A DNA stretch of 64,000 nucleotides from the NCBI GenBank assembly GCA_964590725.1, contig CAZPWF010000002.1, positions 38,846-102,845 on the forward strand, given 5' to 3'. Source of the DNA: an uncultured Candidatus Saccharibacteria bacterium (GTDB taxonomy: Bacteria; Patescibacteriota; Saccharimonadia; Saccharimonadales; JACQNP01). This document shows positions 37,101 to 45,735 of this stretch, piece after piece. Made by a program: the position numbers and the translations under genes. Positions within the stretch are counted from its first letter, which is position 1. The number at the start of each line of letters is the position of its first letter. The notes under the pieces were generated by a model that was not told where the DNA came from, searched no databases, and saw only the letters and a list, made by a program, of their open reading frames with translations.

Positions 37101-39134
37101 ATGGAGCTCAATCAGCCGATTACGGTTATAAAAGGTGTTGGTGATGTTTTAGCAAAAAAATATGCCAAACTGGGTATTGAAAATATTGGCGATTTACTTG
37201 GGTTTGTTCCAAAACGATACGACGACTATTCACAAGTAGACGATATCGCTAAGATCAAACCAGGTGTAGTCACTATAAAATGCCGCATACAGCACGTTAC
37301 GGGCAAGTACGTTAGAAGAGGTATGCATATAACTGAAGCTGTTGCATCGGATGCAACAGGAAGCGTCCGACTCGTTTGGTTTAACCAACCTTATCGGGCC
37401 GGGGCAATATCAGCCAAGGATGAATACTTTGTTAGAGGAGACTTCGGATTGCGCCGACAACACTTAGTTATTCAGAATCCGTCTACTGAACGAGTAAGTG
37501 ATTTTCCTGTCAGTACCGCAAGAATCGTCCCGACTTACAAGCTTACAAAGGGACTTACATCTTTACAGATAAGTAAAACAGTAAGAGCGTTAGTACCGAT
37601 TATTATGGATCTTCCAGAGACTTTGCCGCGATGGTTGATTGATGAAGAAAAACTTATTACATTTGCTCAAGCAACTATGGCATTGCATTTCCCAGAGTCT
37701 GTTTATCAGATTGAACGGGCCAAGAAACGTCTCGGGTTCGAGGAGGTGTTTAGCCTAACTCTAGCCGCATTACTTAACAAATATGAATCTAATACAGAGT
37801 CAGCCTTGAATGTGCCATTTGTTGAGTCTAGAGCAAAGATGTTTGTTTCCAGCCTTGCGTTTAAGCTCACTGATGGACAAAGAAAAGTAATATGGCAGAT
37901 TTACAAAGATATGCAGAAACCCCATCCCATGAACAGGCTAATAGAAGGAGACGTAGGTTCTGGCAAGACGGTAGTGGCTTGCATGGCTGCTGTAATGGTT
38001 ATGGAAGCAAAGTACCAAGTTGCATTTATGGCGCCAACTGAAGTACTAGCACGACAGCACGCAGAAACGATTTTCAAGCTGTTGGTTTCTATGAATTTAG
38101 AAAATAGTGTCGTCCTTTTAGTTGGCAGTATGTCGGCAAGACAAAAATCAGCTGCCCATAGCCGCATAAAGACTGGACACGCTAAATTTATAGTTGGTAC
38201 GCATGCTTTACTGCAAGACGCAGTCATAGCTCACGATTTAGGTTTGATTATTATAGACGAGCAGCACAGATTTGGTGTCGAACAACGTAAAACCTTGCAA
38301 TCAAAAGCAAAAAATATGCCGCATGTTTTGTCCTTGACCGCGACACCGATTCCGCGCAGTCTTGCTCTGACACTATACGGCGAACTAGATATCTCTATAC
38401 TCAAAGACAAACCTGCTGATCGTAAGCCGATTATTACTAAAATAGTATCGCCGAACTCTCGAGCACAGATGAACTTACATATCTTGGAAGAGTTAAACAA
38501 AGGCAGGCAAGTTTATATTGTGTGTCCTATTATTACTGATTCGGTAACAAAAGCTGCGCGCTCAGTTGAAGTTGTATACAAAGAAATCACATCTAATTAT
38601 AAAAAGAATAAAGTTGGCATGCTGCATGGAAAGATGAAGGCAGCAGAAAAAGATGAAGTTATGCAATTATTTATCAAAGGAAAAATCGACATAATTGTAG
38701 CCACTACGGTTATAGAAGTTGGAATAGATGTGCCAAATGCTTCTGTCATGGTAATTGAAAACGCCGACCAGTTTGGACTGGCTCAAATACATCAACTACG
38801 GGGTAGAGTTGGCCGTGATGAGCATCAGAGTTATTGTTATTTGGTTAGTTCTGACAGTAGAGCGCCAAGTCAACGTCTCAGGGCTTTAGAGCGGTCTAAT
38901 GATGGATTTTCTCTTGCAGAGCTTGATCTTGAGCTTAGGGGGCCTGGTGCTATCTACGGAACATTCCAACATGGTGCTTTGGATTTGCGTTATGCAAATC
39001 TTACTGATGTTGACTTGATTTCATCAGCTCGTGACGCTGCGCAGGAATTTATCGATCGAAACGAAAACTTGCTAGAATATAAAGTATTGCATCGTAATGT
39101 AACTCAGCTGCGCTCAGTAACAAACCTAAACTAA
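37101..39134 (+). CDS. recG: ATP-dependent DNA helicase RecG
   Basis: Wedge/OB N-terminal region. Helicase motifs GDVGSGKT, IIDEQHRFGV, SLTATPIPRSL and QLRGRVGR. Confidence 0.93.
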   Translation: MELNQPITVIKGVGDVLAKKYAKLGIENIGDLLGFVPKRYDDYSQVDDIAKIKPGVVTIKCRIQHVTGKYVRRGMHITEAVASDATGSVRLVWFNQPYRAGAISAKDEYFVRGDFGLRRQHLVIQNPSTERVSDFPVSTARIVPTYKLTKGLTSLQISKTVRALVPIIMDLPETLPRWLIDEEKLITFAQATMALHFPESVYQIERAKKRLGFEEVFSLTLAALLNKYESNTESALNVPFVESRAKMFVSSLAFKLTDGQRKVIWQIYKDMQKPHPMNRLIEGDVGSGKTVVACMAAVMVMEAKYQVAFMAPTEVLARQHAETIFKLLVSMNLENSVVLLVGSMSARQKSAAHSRIKTGHAKFIVGTHALLQDAVIAHDLGLIIIDEQHRFGVEQRKTLQSKAKNMPHVLSLTATPIPRSLALTLYGELDISILKDKPADRKPIITKIVSPNSRAQMNLHILEELNKGRQVYIVCPIITDSVTKAARSVEVVYKEITSNYKKNKVGMLHGKMKAAEKDEVMQLFIKGKIDIIVATTVIEVGIDVPNASVMVIENADQFGLAQIHQLRGRVGRDEHQSYCYLVSSDSRAPSQRLRALERSNDGFSLAELDLELRGPGAIYGTFQHGALDLRYANLTDVDLISSARDAAQEFIDRNENLLEYKVLHRNVTQLRSVTNLN

Positions 39135-39968
39135 TTGAAAGTAGAATCAGTGTACTCAGGAACAACCCTTACTAAGTTTTCAGGAAGAGTCATCGGGGCT
39201 CATCAAAAAATTGATAGTACTGCACGTCGGCACTTGTCAAGAATCATTCCAGATGACACATTATTCCCGAAGATTCGTCAGATTCTGGTGTTTGAGGGCA
39301 AGAATGGACCAGATGGGATAAAACGAAAAAGTCCTGCAAAGGACGAGCCATGGCACTATTATAGCCCTTTTGATGACACCGATTCAGAGCTTATCAATAT
39401 AATTGATGAACATTTTAAAGAACTTGTTCTTCAGCTTAAGGCCAATAACAGCGAACATGTTTCGTTTGAGGCTGCCTGGCTAGCTCATGCTATAGTCGAC
39501 GGTCTCACTCCGGCTCACCACTACCCGTACGAAACCGAATTAACTGAACTGCGCGGAGGTAAAGGTAACGATACAAGAAATTCAGTTAAAGAAAAACTAG
39601 TTATACCGGGTGATACAAAACGAGAACTAGTAAAGAACAACTGGAAAATGTGGGGGCCAAAGGGTCTTATGTCTACGCACGGGTTCTTTGAGATCGGTGT
39701 TGCAACCTTGATAAAACCACTAACATTCAATGAAGCAGTCCCAAAGCTGAAAGATATTAAGAGAGTGCAGAAGATCGGTCCACTCGAGCTTTTCAAGCAG
39801 TCAGCCCGTGAGGTTGCGGTCTTGGAAATGTATGAAATGTATTATAAAAAAGGTTGGACACCGAAGTTGGCATGGCAAGTAAGGCACAAGCTTGGTCCGA
39901 TCATGGTACAAACAGTTACATTAACTTGGTATCTGGCACTCGTTGAGGCGGGTATCGTGGATGATTAA
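39135..39968 (+). CDS. Conserved hypothetical protein (start uncertain: TTG at 39135 or GTG at 39150)
   Basis: 277-aa ORF abutting the recG stop. His-containing blocks (PWHYY, AWLAHAIVDGLTPAHH) hint at metal binding, but no family could be assigned by eye. Confidence 0.45.
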   Translation: MKVESVYSGTTLTKFSGRVIGAHQKIDSTARRHLSRIIPDDTLFPKIRQILVFEGKNGPDGIKRKSPAKDEPWHYYSPFDDTDSELINIIDEHFKELVLQLKANNSEHVSFEAAWLAHAIVDGLTPAHHYPYETELTELRGGKGNDTRNSVKEKLVIPGDTKRELVKNNWKMWGPKGLMSTHGFFEIGVATLIKPLTFNEAVPKLKDIKRVQKIGPLELFKQSAREVAVLEMYEMYYKKGWTPKLAWQVRHKLGPIMVQTVTLTWYLALVEAGIVDD

Positions 39969-40502
39969 ATGCGAATAATTGCTGGCACATTAGGTGGGCG
40001 ATTGTTTGAATCACCGCATACAAACAGAACGCATCCTATGTCTGATAAGATTCGTGGAGCATTATTTAATGTATTGGGCTCCCTAGACGGAATGGCTGTA
40101 CTAGATGCTTTTGCGGGAAGTGGAGCCGTAGGCTTTGAAGCGATTAGCCGTGGCGCTAGCCAAGCAACACTCATAGAGATCGATAAAGATGCGTATCGAA
40201 CTATACAAGATAATATCAAGATTCTGAATGTAGAAGACAGAGTGTTAGCTATTCGAGGAAATATAAAAAGTTGGGCAAGTAATAACAGAGCTCGTATGTA
40301 TGATGTTGTAATTTGTGACCCGCCATATGATGCCGTACTAGAAAATTTAATATTCAAAATCTCTCGTTTAACAGCTGACAATGGCATACTGGTCCTTTCT
40401 TGGCCAATCAGTGAGCCAATTCCGGATGTACCAGAAATGCATATAGCAAGACATAAAGCATATGGTAATGCTACGCTGGTCTTTTATAAAAGAATCAAGT
40501 AA
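39969..40502 (+). CDS. rsmD: 16S rRNA (guanine966-N2)-methyltransferase RsmD
   Basis: MRIIAGTLGGR N-terminus, DAFAGSGAVGFEAISRGA, and the DPPY motif. Confidence 0.85.
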   Translation: MRIIAGTLGGRLFESPHTNRTHPMSDKIRGALFNVLGSLDGMAVLDAFAGSGAVGFEAISRGASQATLIEIDKDAYRTIQDNIKILNVEDRVLAIRGNIKSWASNNRARMYDVVICDPPYDAVLENLIFKISRLTADNGILVLSWPISEPIPDVPEMHIARHKAYGNATLVFYKRIK

Positions 40503-40539
40503 AATCAAACTTTGTTAGATTGTGATTACTTTACATTTC

Positions 40540-40624
40540 GGGGATGTGGTGAAATTGGTATACACGCGTGCCTTAGGAGCACGTGCCGCAAGGCGTGAAG
40601 GTTCAAGTCCTTTCATCCCCACCA
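40540..40624 (+). tRNA. tRNA-Leu (anticodon UAG), long variable arm, genomically encoded CCA
   Basis: Acceptor stem GGGGATG/CATCCCC, anticodon stem CGTGC/GCACG with loop CTTAGGA, variable arm GCC-GCAA-GGC, T arm GAAGG-TTCAAGT-CCTTT, discriminator A plus CCA. Confidence 0.85.
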
Positions 40625-40630
40625 AGCATA

Positions 40631-40656
40631 AGCACTTTTGAAAAAGTGCTTTTTTG
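40631..40656 (+). terminator. Rho-independent terminator after tRNA-Leu
   Basis: AGCACTTTT-GA-AAAAGTGCT hairpin followed by TTTTTTG. Confidence 0.6.
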
Positions 40657-40669
40657 TTATCATTACTGC

Positions 40670-41347
40670 ATGAATAATGATTGCGAAGAAGCCCAAAAAC
40701 TGTACGACGAGCAGTCAGACGAATGGGCAAAGAGGCAATCGGCAAATCCTGCCATCCACGATTTGCGTGGCATTGTTTATAAGCTGGCGAATGTGAGTAG
40801 TGGCAGCACTATCCTTTTCGCAGGATGTGGTGACGGCAAAGAATGCGCAAAGGCCTCTGCCCTAGGCGCAATAGTCACTGGTATTGATGTCAGTACCAAG
40901 AATATTGATATGGCACTAGCCCTCGGGCTCAAGAACGCAACACATCAAGTCATGGACATTCAAAATCTATCGTTTGATGATAAGCAATTTGACACTGTTA
41001 TTTCAATTCTTGCCATTATGTACGTAAGGGACATTGATGCAGCTCTTGCCGGTTTTAAGAGAGTCTTACGAGACAACGGACAAATAATCGTCGCTGTTCC
41101 TCACCCTGTTATTAAAATGATGAAGTACAACAGCCAGGAAGATTACTTTTTAAGGGGAAAGCAATACGAAACATGGCAAGGCATCAAACGATTTAACTAC
41201 TACCGGCTCTTTGAAGACTATGTCGATGCATTTATGAGAGCCGGGCTGAATATAACCAGACTACTGGAGCCAAAACAAATAACTAGCCAAGAAGAGAAAG
41301 TCCAATATCCACACTTTGCGGTGTTCGAACTAACTAAAGCTCGTTAA
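40670..41347 (+). CDS. Class I SAM-dependent methyltransferase
   Basis: Motif I ILFAGCGDGKE, with downstream FDTVISILAIMYV and NGQIIVAVPHP. I chose the start at MNNDCEE (40670), because the track start at 40583 lies inside the tRNA. Confidence 0.7.
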   Translation: MNNDCEEAQKLYDEQSDEWAKRQSANPAIHDLRGIVYKLANVSSGSTILFAGCGDGKECAKASALGAIVTGIDVSTKNIDMALALGLKNATHQVMDIQNLSFDDKQFDTVISILAIMYVRDIDAALAGFKRVLRDNGQIIVAVPHPVIKMMKYNSQEDYFLRGKQYETWQGIKRFNYYRLFEDYVDAFMRAGLNITRLLEPKQITSQEEKVQYPHFAVFELTKAR

Positions 41348-41527
41348 TGGAGCGTAACTATACGCAACGCTAGTAGTAGCCAGCAGCCTTATCAGCTCCT
41401 AGTAGCAACCCTTCAGAAGGTCACGCACTTGGTTCAGAAAATCTCCACCCAAGTCAATTATTTCGAATTCAGTTTCTTATCTGGCTTTTTTACTTGACCA
41501 AGTTTACTCCGTTTTTCGACATATGAA

Positions 41528-41535
41528 TGTATAAT
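41528..41535 (+). promoter_or_regulatory. -10 box TGTATAAT, 7 nt upstream of the hisS ATG
   Basis: TGTATAAT at 41528-41535 and ATG at 41543. Confidence 0.45.
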
Positions 41536-41542
41536 CAATTAA

Positions 41543-42775
41543 ATGGCATTACCAACACAATCATACAAAGGCACCAGGGATTTTTATCCAGATGAGATGC
41601 GCATCCGCAAGTGGATGTTCGAAAAATGGCGGAATGTTTGCGAAAGCTTTGGCTATGAAGAGTATGATGGACCGATTTTAGAATCCCTTGAATTATATTC
41701 ATCAAAGACAAGTGACGAGATTGTAAACGAGCAGACATATAGTTTTACTGATCGTGGTGACCGCAAAGTCGTCATGCGTCCAGAAATGACGCCAACGGTT
41801 AGCCGTATGGTCGCTGCCAAGCGTCAAGAGTTAGCCTATCCGCTCCGCATGTATAGTATTCCAAACTGTTTTCGATATGAACGTCCTCAGAAAGGTCGTT
41901 TACGAGAGTTCTGGCAACTTAATGTTGATATTTTCGGAGTTGAGGGTGTAAGTGCTGAAGTAGAAATGATTTTGATGATCGATAGACTAATGAAAACTTT
42001 CGATGCAACTGAAAGTATGTATGAAATCCGAATCAACTCCAGAACACTTTTAAATATCGCCATCGAAGCATCAAAAGTAAAAACCAGCACGACAGATGTG
42101 ATCAGACTGATAGATGCTTTTGACAAACTAGATAGAAATGAGTTCATAAGCAAGCTTACCGACAATGTTGAAGATTCGAATTCTTTGATGAATTTCCTGG
42201 AAGGAGAAAACAAAGACTTAGCAATGACAGATTTGATCGAGTCACTTCAACTCGCAGGCGTTAATAACGTTCGATTTGTGCCAACAGTTGCACGGGGATT
42301 TGACTACTATACAGATATTGTTTTTGAAGTTTTTGACACTAATCCAGAAAACAACCGTTCAATGTTTGGCGGCGGTCGATATAACGGCCTGGTTGGCGCA
42401 TTTGGCGTCGAGCCTGTTCCTACGGTGGGTTTTGGTATGGGTGACGCCACGTTCTTTAATTTTCTAGAGAGCAACAATTTATTACCAGAAATTAAACCGG
42501 AGACAGATATCTACATTGCGACAATTGGTGGAGTTGAAGTGCAGGCTCAGGAAATCGCTCAAGTTCTACGTACGAACGGCAAAAATGTTGCTGTTGATTT
42601 GTCAGGTAAAAAGTTAGATAAACAAATTAAAACTGCTGACAAAAAAGGCATCAAATATGTTTTGTTTGTGGGAGAACAAGAACTAGAGACGGGAAAATTT
42701 AATTTGAAAAATATTGACTCAGGAGAAGAGCAGTTAGTTGACCTAGAAACATTGATTAATAGTTTGGGCAAATAG
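41543..42775 (+). CDS. hisS: Histidyl-tRNA synthetase
   Basis: GTRDFYPDEM, MRPEMTPTVSRM, FRYERPQKGRLREFWQ, GGGRYNGL, and an anticodon-binding C-terminal domain. Confidence 0.93.
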   Translation: MALPTQSYKGTRDFYPDEMRIRKWMFEKWRNVCESFGYEEYDGPILESLELYSSKTSDEIVNEQTYSFTDRGDRKVVMRPEMTPTVSRMVAAKRQELAYPLRMYSIPNCFRYERPQKGRLREFWQLNVDIFGVEGVSAEVEMILMIDRLMKTFDATESMYEIRINSRTLLNIAIEASKVKTSTTDVIRLIDAFDKLDRNEFISKLTDNVEDSNSLMNFLEGENKDLAMTDLIESLQLAGVNNVRFVPTVARGFDYYTDIVFEVFDTNPENNRSMFGGGRYNGLVGAFGVEPVPTVGFGMGDATFFNFLESNNLLPEIKPETDIYIATIGGVEVQAQEIAQVLRTNGKNVAVDLSGKKLDKQIKTADKKGIKYVLFVGEQELETGKFNLKNIDSGEEQLVDLETLINSLGK

Positions 42776-42781
42776 CATAGC

Positions 42782-43231
42782 ATGACTGCCTCAAATCATG
42801 TCATCACAGGCGTTCTGATCGGAGCAGTAATAACAAACCCAGTGGCTATTCCTATCGCTTTCTTAGCTCATTTTGCTCTTGATGCGTTGCCTCATTTTGG
42901 GTTGAATGAACATACTGACAGAAAGTTTCTAGTTGTTTTAAGTATGGATGCTGGGCTTGCTGCGGCATTGTTGCTAGTACTTTTTATTTTGCAGCCCAAT
43001 TATTGGCCAATAATTGTTGCTTCAGGAATAGCGTGCGCTAGCCCAGATCTTATGTGGTTCCCTCGATGGATATTGGAGCTTCAGGGCAAAAAACCGAAAC
43101 CTATGGGACCAATTGCCCGATTTCATGCCAAAATTCAATGGGCAGAACGACAGCGGTGGTGGGGTTTACTTTCTGAGTTAATCTGGTTCGGGACTATGTT
43201 TATACTAGCTGGCCGAACTTTAACTTTCTAA
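42782..43231 (+). CDS. Integral membrane protein (possibly a YdjM/DUF457-like metal-dependent hydrolase)
   Basis: 149 aa with 3-4 TM helices. It has the His/Asp pattern NH...AHFALDALPH near the N-terminus. Confidence 0.4.
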   Translation: MTASNHVITGVLIGAVITNPVAIPIAFLAHFALDALPHFGLNEHTDRKFLVVLSMDAGLAAALLLVLFILQPNYWPIIVASGIACASPDLMWFPRWILELQGKKPKPMGPIARFHAKIQWAERQRWWGLLSELIWFGTMFILAGRTLTF

Positions 43232-43258
43232 ATTAGGCTAGAAAAGTAGGTCATCATC

Positions 43259-43267
43259 TGTTAGAGT
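43259..43267 (+). promoter_or_regulatory. -10-like box TGTTAGAGT, 8 nt upstream of the tig ATG
   Basis: TGTTAGAGT at 43259-43267 and ATG at 43276. Confidence 0.35.
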
Positions 43268-43275
43268 GTTTACCT

Positions 43276-44562
43276 ATGCAAGTAAAACGAACTAATATAT
43301 CCGAGACAGAAGTATCGCTTACTGTCGTCACATCTGACACAGAACTACAAACCATAAAAGAAGGTGTACTGACTAAGCTAGCTAGAAGTGTTAAGCTTCC
43401 TGGTTTTCGTGAAGGTAAGGCTCCTCTTTCTCTAGTTGAAAAAAATGTTGACGAATCAGCTTTGCAATCCGAATTTTTAGAAGAAGCGATCAACCAATTA
43501 TATCCTCAGGCGGTATTGTCTGAGAAACTTAGACCAGTAGATCGACCGGAAATTTCTATTAAAAAATACGTACCATTTTCTACTTTAGAATTTGAGGCCA
43601 AAGTACCAGTGGTAGGTGAGATTAAGCTTGCAGACTACAAAAAGATTAAAAAAACACCCACAAAAGCTAAGATTACATCCGAAGACGTAGACCAGGTCTT
43701 GTCGTCGCTTCAGAAACGAATAGCTGAAAAGAACGATGTTGCCCGAGCTGCCAAGAATACTGATGAAGTTTGGATAGATTTTACTGGAGTCGATGAAAAA
43801 GGAAACAAAATCAATGGTGCCGACGGTAAGGACTATCCGCTAGTTCTTGGTAGTAATACATTTATTCCGGGCTTTGAGCCAGAACTTGTTGGTAAGAAAG
43901 TTGGTGACAAAACTACATTTACACTAACTTTTCCAAAAGACTATGGCGTTAAATCGATGGCGAATAAAAAAGTTACTTTTACCGTCCAAGTTAGTAAAGT
44001 TCAAGAAGTCACCGAGCCGAAGCTTGATGATGATTTTGCAGCAAAATCTGGACCATTCACAACCCTCAAACAGTTAAAGGAAGATATTAAAAAGCAGCTT
44101 GAGGTTGAAAGACAACAGCAAGTCGATCGTGAGTTCGAATCCGAACTTGTTCGCGAGATAACAGCTAAGTCTAAAGTGTCCGTGCCAAAAGTGCTAGTCG
44201 AAGAACAAGTCGACCGTATGCTTGAAGAGCTAAAGCAGAACCTAGTCTATCGTGGACAAACGTTCTCTGAGTTTCTTGACTCAGAAGGTGAGACAGAAGA
44301 ATCATATCGCGAAAAATCACTGGCACCACAGGCTGAAGAACGAGTTAAGGCCAGCTTGGTATTAACCGAAATTTCAGAAAAAGAGAATCTCGACGTAACT
44401 CCAGAGGAACTAGAAATCAGAATTCAACTTCTAAAAGGCCAGTACAAGGATCAAGCCATGCAGGCTGAGCTAGATAAGCCAGAAAACCAGAATGACATTG
44501 CTTCAAGAATTCTGACTGAGAAAACAGTCGCAAAATTGATTGAGTATTCTTCGAGCAAGTAA
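43276..44562 (+). CDS. tig: Trigger factor
   Basis: N-terminal ribosome-binding motif GFREGKAP, an FKBP-like central domain and a helical C-terminal domain. It lies upstream of clpP, as is usual. Confidence 0.92.
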   Translation: MQVKRTNISETEVSLTVVTSDTELQTIKEGVLTKLARSVKLPGFREGKAPLSLVEKNVDESALQSEFLEEAINQLYPQAVLSEKLRPVDRPEISIKKYVPFSTLEFEAKVPVVGEIKLADYKKIKKTPTKAKITSEDVDQVLSSLQKRIAEKNDVARAAKNTDEVWIDFTGVDEKGNKINGADGKDYPLVLGSNTFIPGFEPELVGKKVGDKTTFTLTFPKDYGVKSMANKKVTFTVQVSKVQEVTEPKLDDDFAAKSGPFTTLKQLKEDIKKQLEVERQQQVDREFESELVREITAKSKVSVPKVLVEEQVDRMLEELKQNLVYRGQTFSEFLDSEGETEESYREKSLAPQAEERVKASLVLTEISEKENLDVTPEELEIRIQLLKGQYKDQAMQAELDKPENQNDIASRILTEKTVAKLIEYSSSK

Positions 44563-44574
44563 AAACTATATAAA

Positions 44575-44601
44575 TTAGCACTCTTGACTATTGAGTGCTA
44601 A
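44575..44601 (+). promoter_or_regulatory. Perfect CIRCE operator (TTAGCACTC-N9-GAGTGCTAA) embedded in the clpP promoter
   Basis: TTAGCACTC at 44575-44583, spacer TTGACTATT, GAGTGCTAA at 44593-44601. The spacer contains the -35 TTGACT (44584-44589), and a -10 TATTAT lies at 44608-44613. Confidence 0.85.
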
Positions 44602-44648
44602 TTTTAGTATTATGTCTAGTACACACTTGAATATAGGAGAATAATTAT

Positions 44649-45239
44649 ATGACAACAAATTCAGTACTAGTCCCAACCGTAATAGAATCAGAAGGCCGCA
44701 TCGAACGTGCTTATGATATATACTCTAGATTACTAAAAGACAGAATAATCTTTCTAGGGACTGACGTTAATGAGCACACAGCAAATCTAATTGTTGCTCA
44801 GCTCCTATTTCTTGATAACGAAGACAGCAAGAAGGACATATATCTTTACATAAACAGCCCGGGTGGTAGTGTTTACGACGCCTTGGCAATTTATGACACA
44901 ATGCAGTACATAAAGAGTGACATACAAACGGTAGGAATAGGTGTGCAGGCGTCAGCAGCAGCATTTTTACTAAGTAGTGGAACTAAAGGTAAACGTTTTA
45001 TACTACCAAATTCTACAGTTATGATTCATCAGCCATCTTCTGGCACTCGTGGCAAGGTTACGGACATGGAAATTGATCTGAAAGAATCGCTCAGGATAAA
45101 GCATCGATTGAATGAAATTATGGCAAAAAATACTGGCCAGACAGTAAAGCGTATCCAAGACGATATGGAAAGAGACTATTGGATGACTGCAGAAGAGGCC
45201 AAAAAATACGGAGTTGTTGACAAAGTTATTGTTAAGTAA
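44649..45239 (+). CDS. clpP: ATP-dependent Clp protease proteolytic subunit
   Basis: RIIFLG, the catalytic Ser context [11 protein letters not shown], His in MIHQPS, and Asp in [25 protein letters not shown] upstream. Confidence 0.95.
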   Translation: MTTNSVLVPTVIESEGRIERAYDIYSRLLKDRIIFLGTDVNEHTANLIVAQLLFLDNEDSKKDIYLYINSPGGSVYDALAIYDTMQYIKSDIQTVGIGVQASAAAFLLSSGTKGKRFILPNSTVMIHQPSSGTRGKVTDMEIDLKESLRIKHRLNEIMAKNTGQTVKRIQDDMERDYWMTAEEAKKYGVVDKVIVK

Positions 45240-45257
45240 ATACAACAATATTCAATT

Positions 45258-45545
45258 ATGGACAACCAAAGTCATTCCACAGAACTAAACTCAGAAGTCG
45301 CTGCCTTATACCTAAAGCGAATAGGTTACATTGAAGCCACTTGGGATAATGTGCTCGAGAATCGAATAGGAAGCCATGCTTTACGAACAATGATTTTGAT
45401 TGGTCAAGGTGACAAAAGAGATGCTGTTGAAATATACAATTATCTGCGCGAAAGCGAAGGCTTAGGCCCAATTGACCCAGAAATAGGTGCACGTATTGTT
45501 GGCTCTGGGATTGACGCCGCAAGGCACCTTAGTCATGAAAATTAA
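45258..45545 (+). CDS. Hypothetical protein (95 aa) in the position where clpX is often found
   Basis: ORF only; no recognisable motif. Confidence 0.35.
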   Translation: MDNQSHSTELNSEVAALYLKRIGYIEATWDNVLENRIGSHALRTMILIGQGDKRDAVEIYNYLRESEGLGPIDPEIGARIVGSGIDAARHLSHEN

Positions 45546-45735
45546 TCATTTATTTGTAAAATATTTGACATTTGCTAATTAGTCGTCCAAACTCTTACAT
45601 TAAGAAGTAGTGTACGTTCGGGCTGTGCTGTATTTTTTTAAGATACGTGTACCAAAAACCCATGTAGTGAGCTTCAATTCTCCAAAAAAAATCATTACAT
45701 CAATTCTAAATAATTTAGTGGGAGCCCATTTATTT

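Noticed and set aside
40515-40745. A 76-aa minus-strand ORF, and the 5' extension (from 40583) of the plus-strand methyltransferase ORF.
   Set aside because: Both run through the tRNA-Leu gene (40540-40624) and its terminator. The methyltransferase most plausibly starts at the ATG at 40670.
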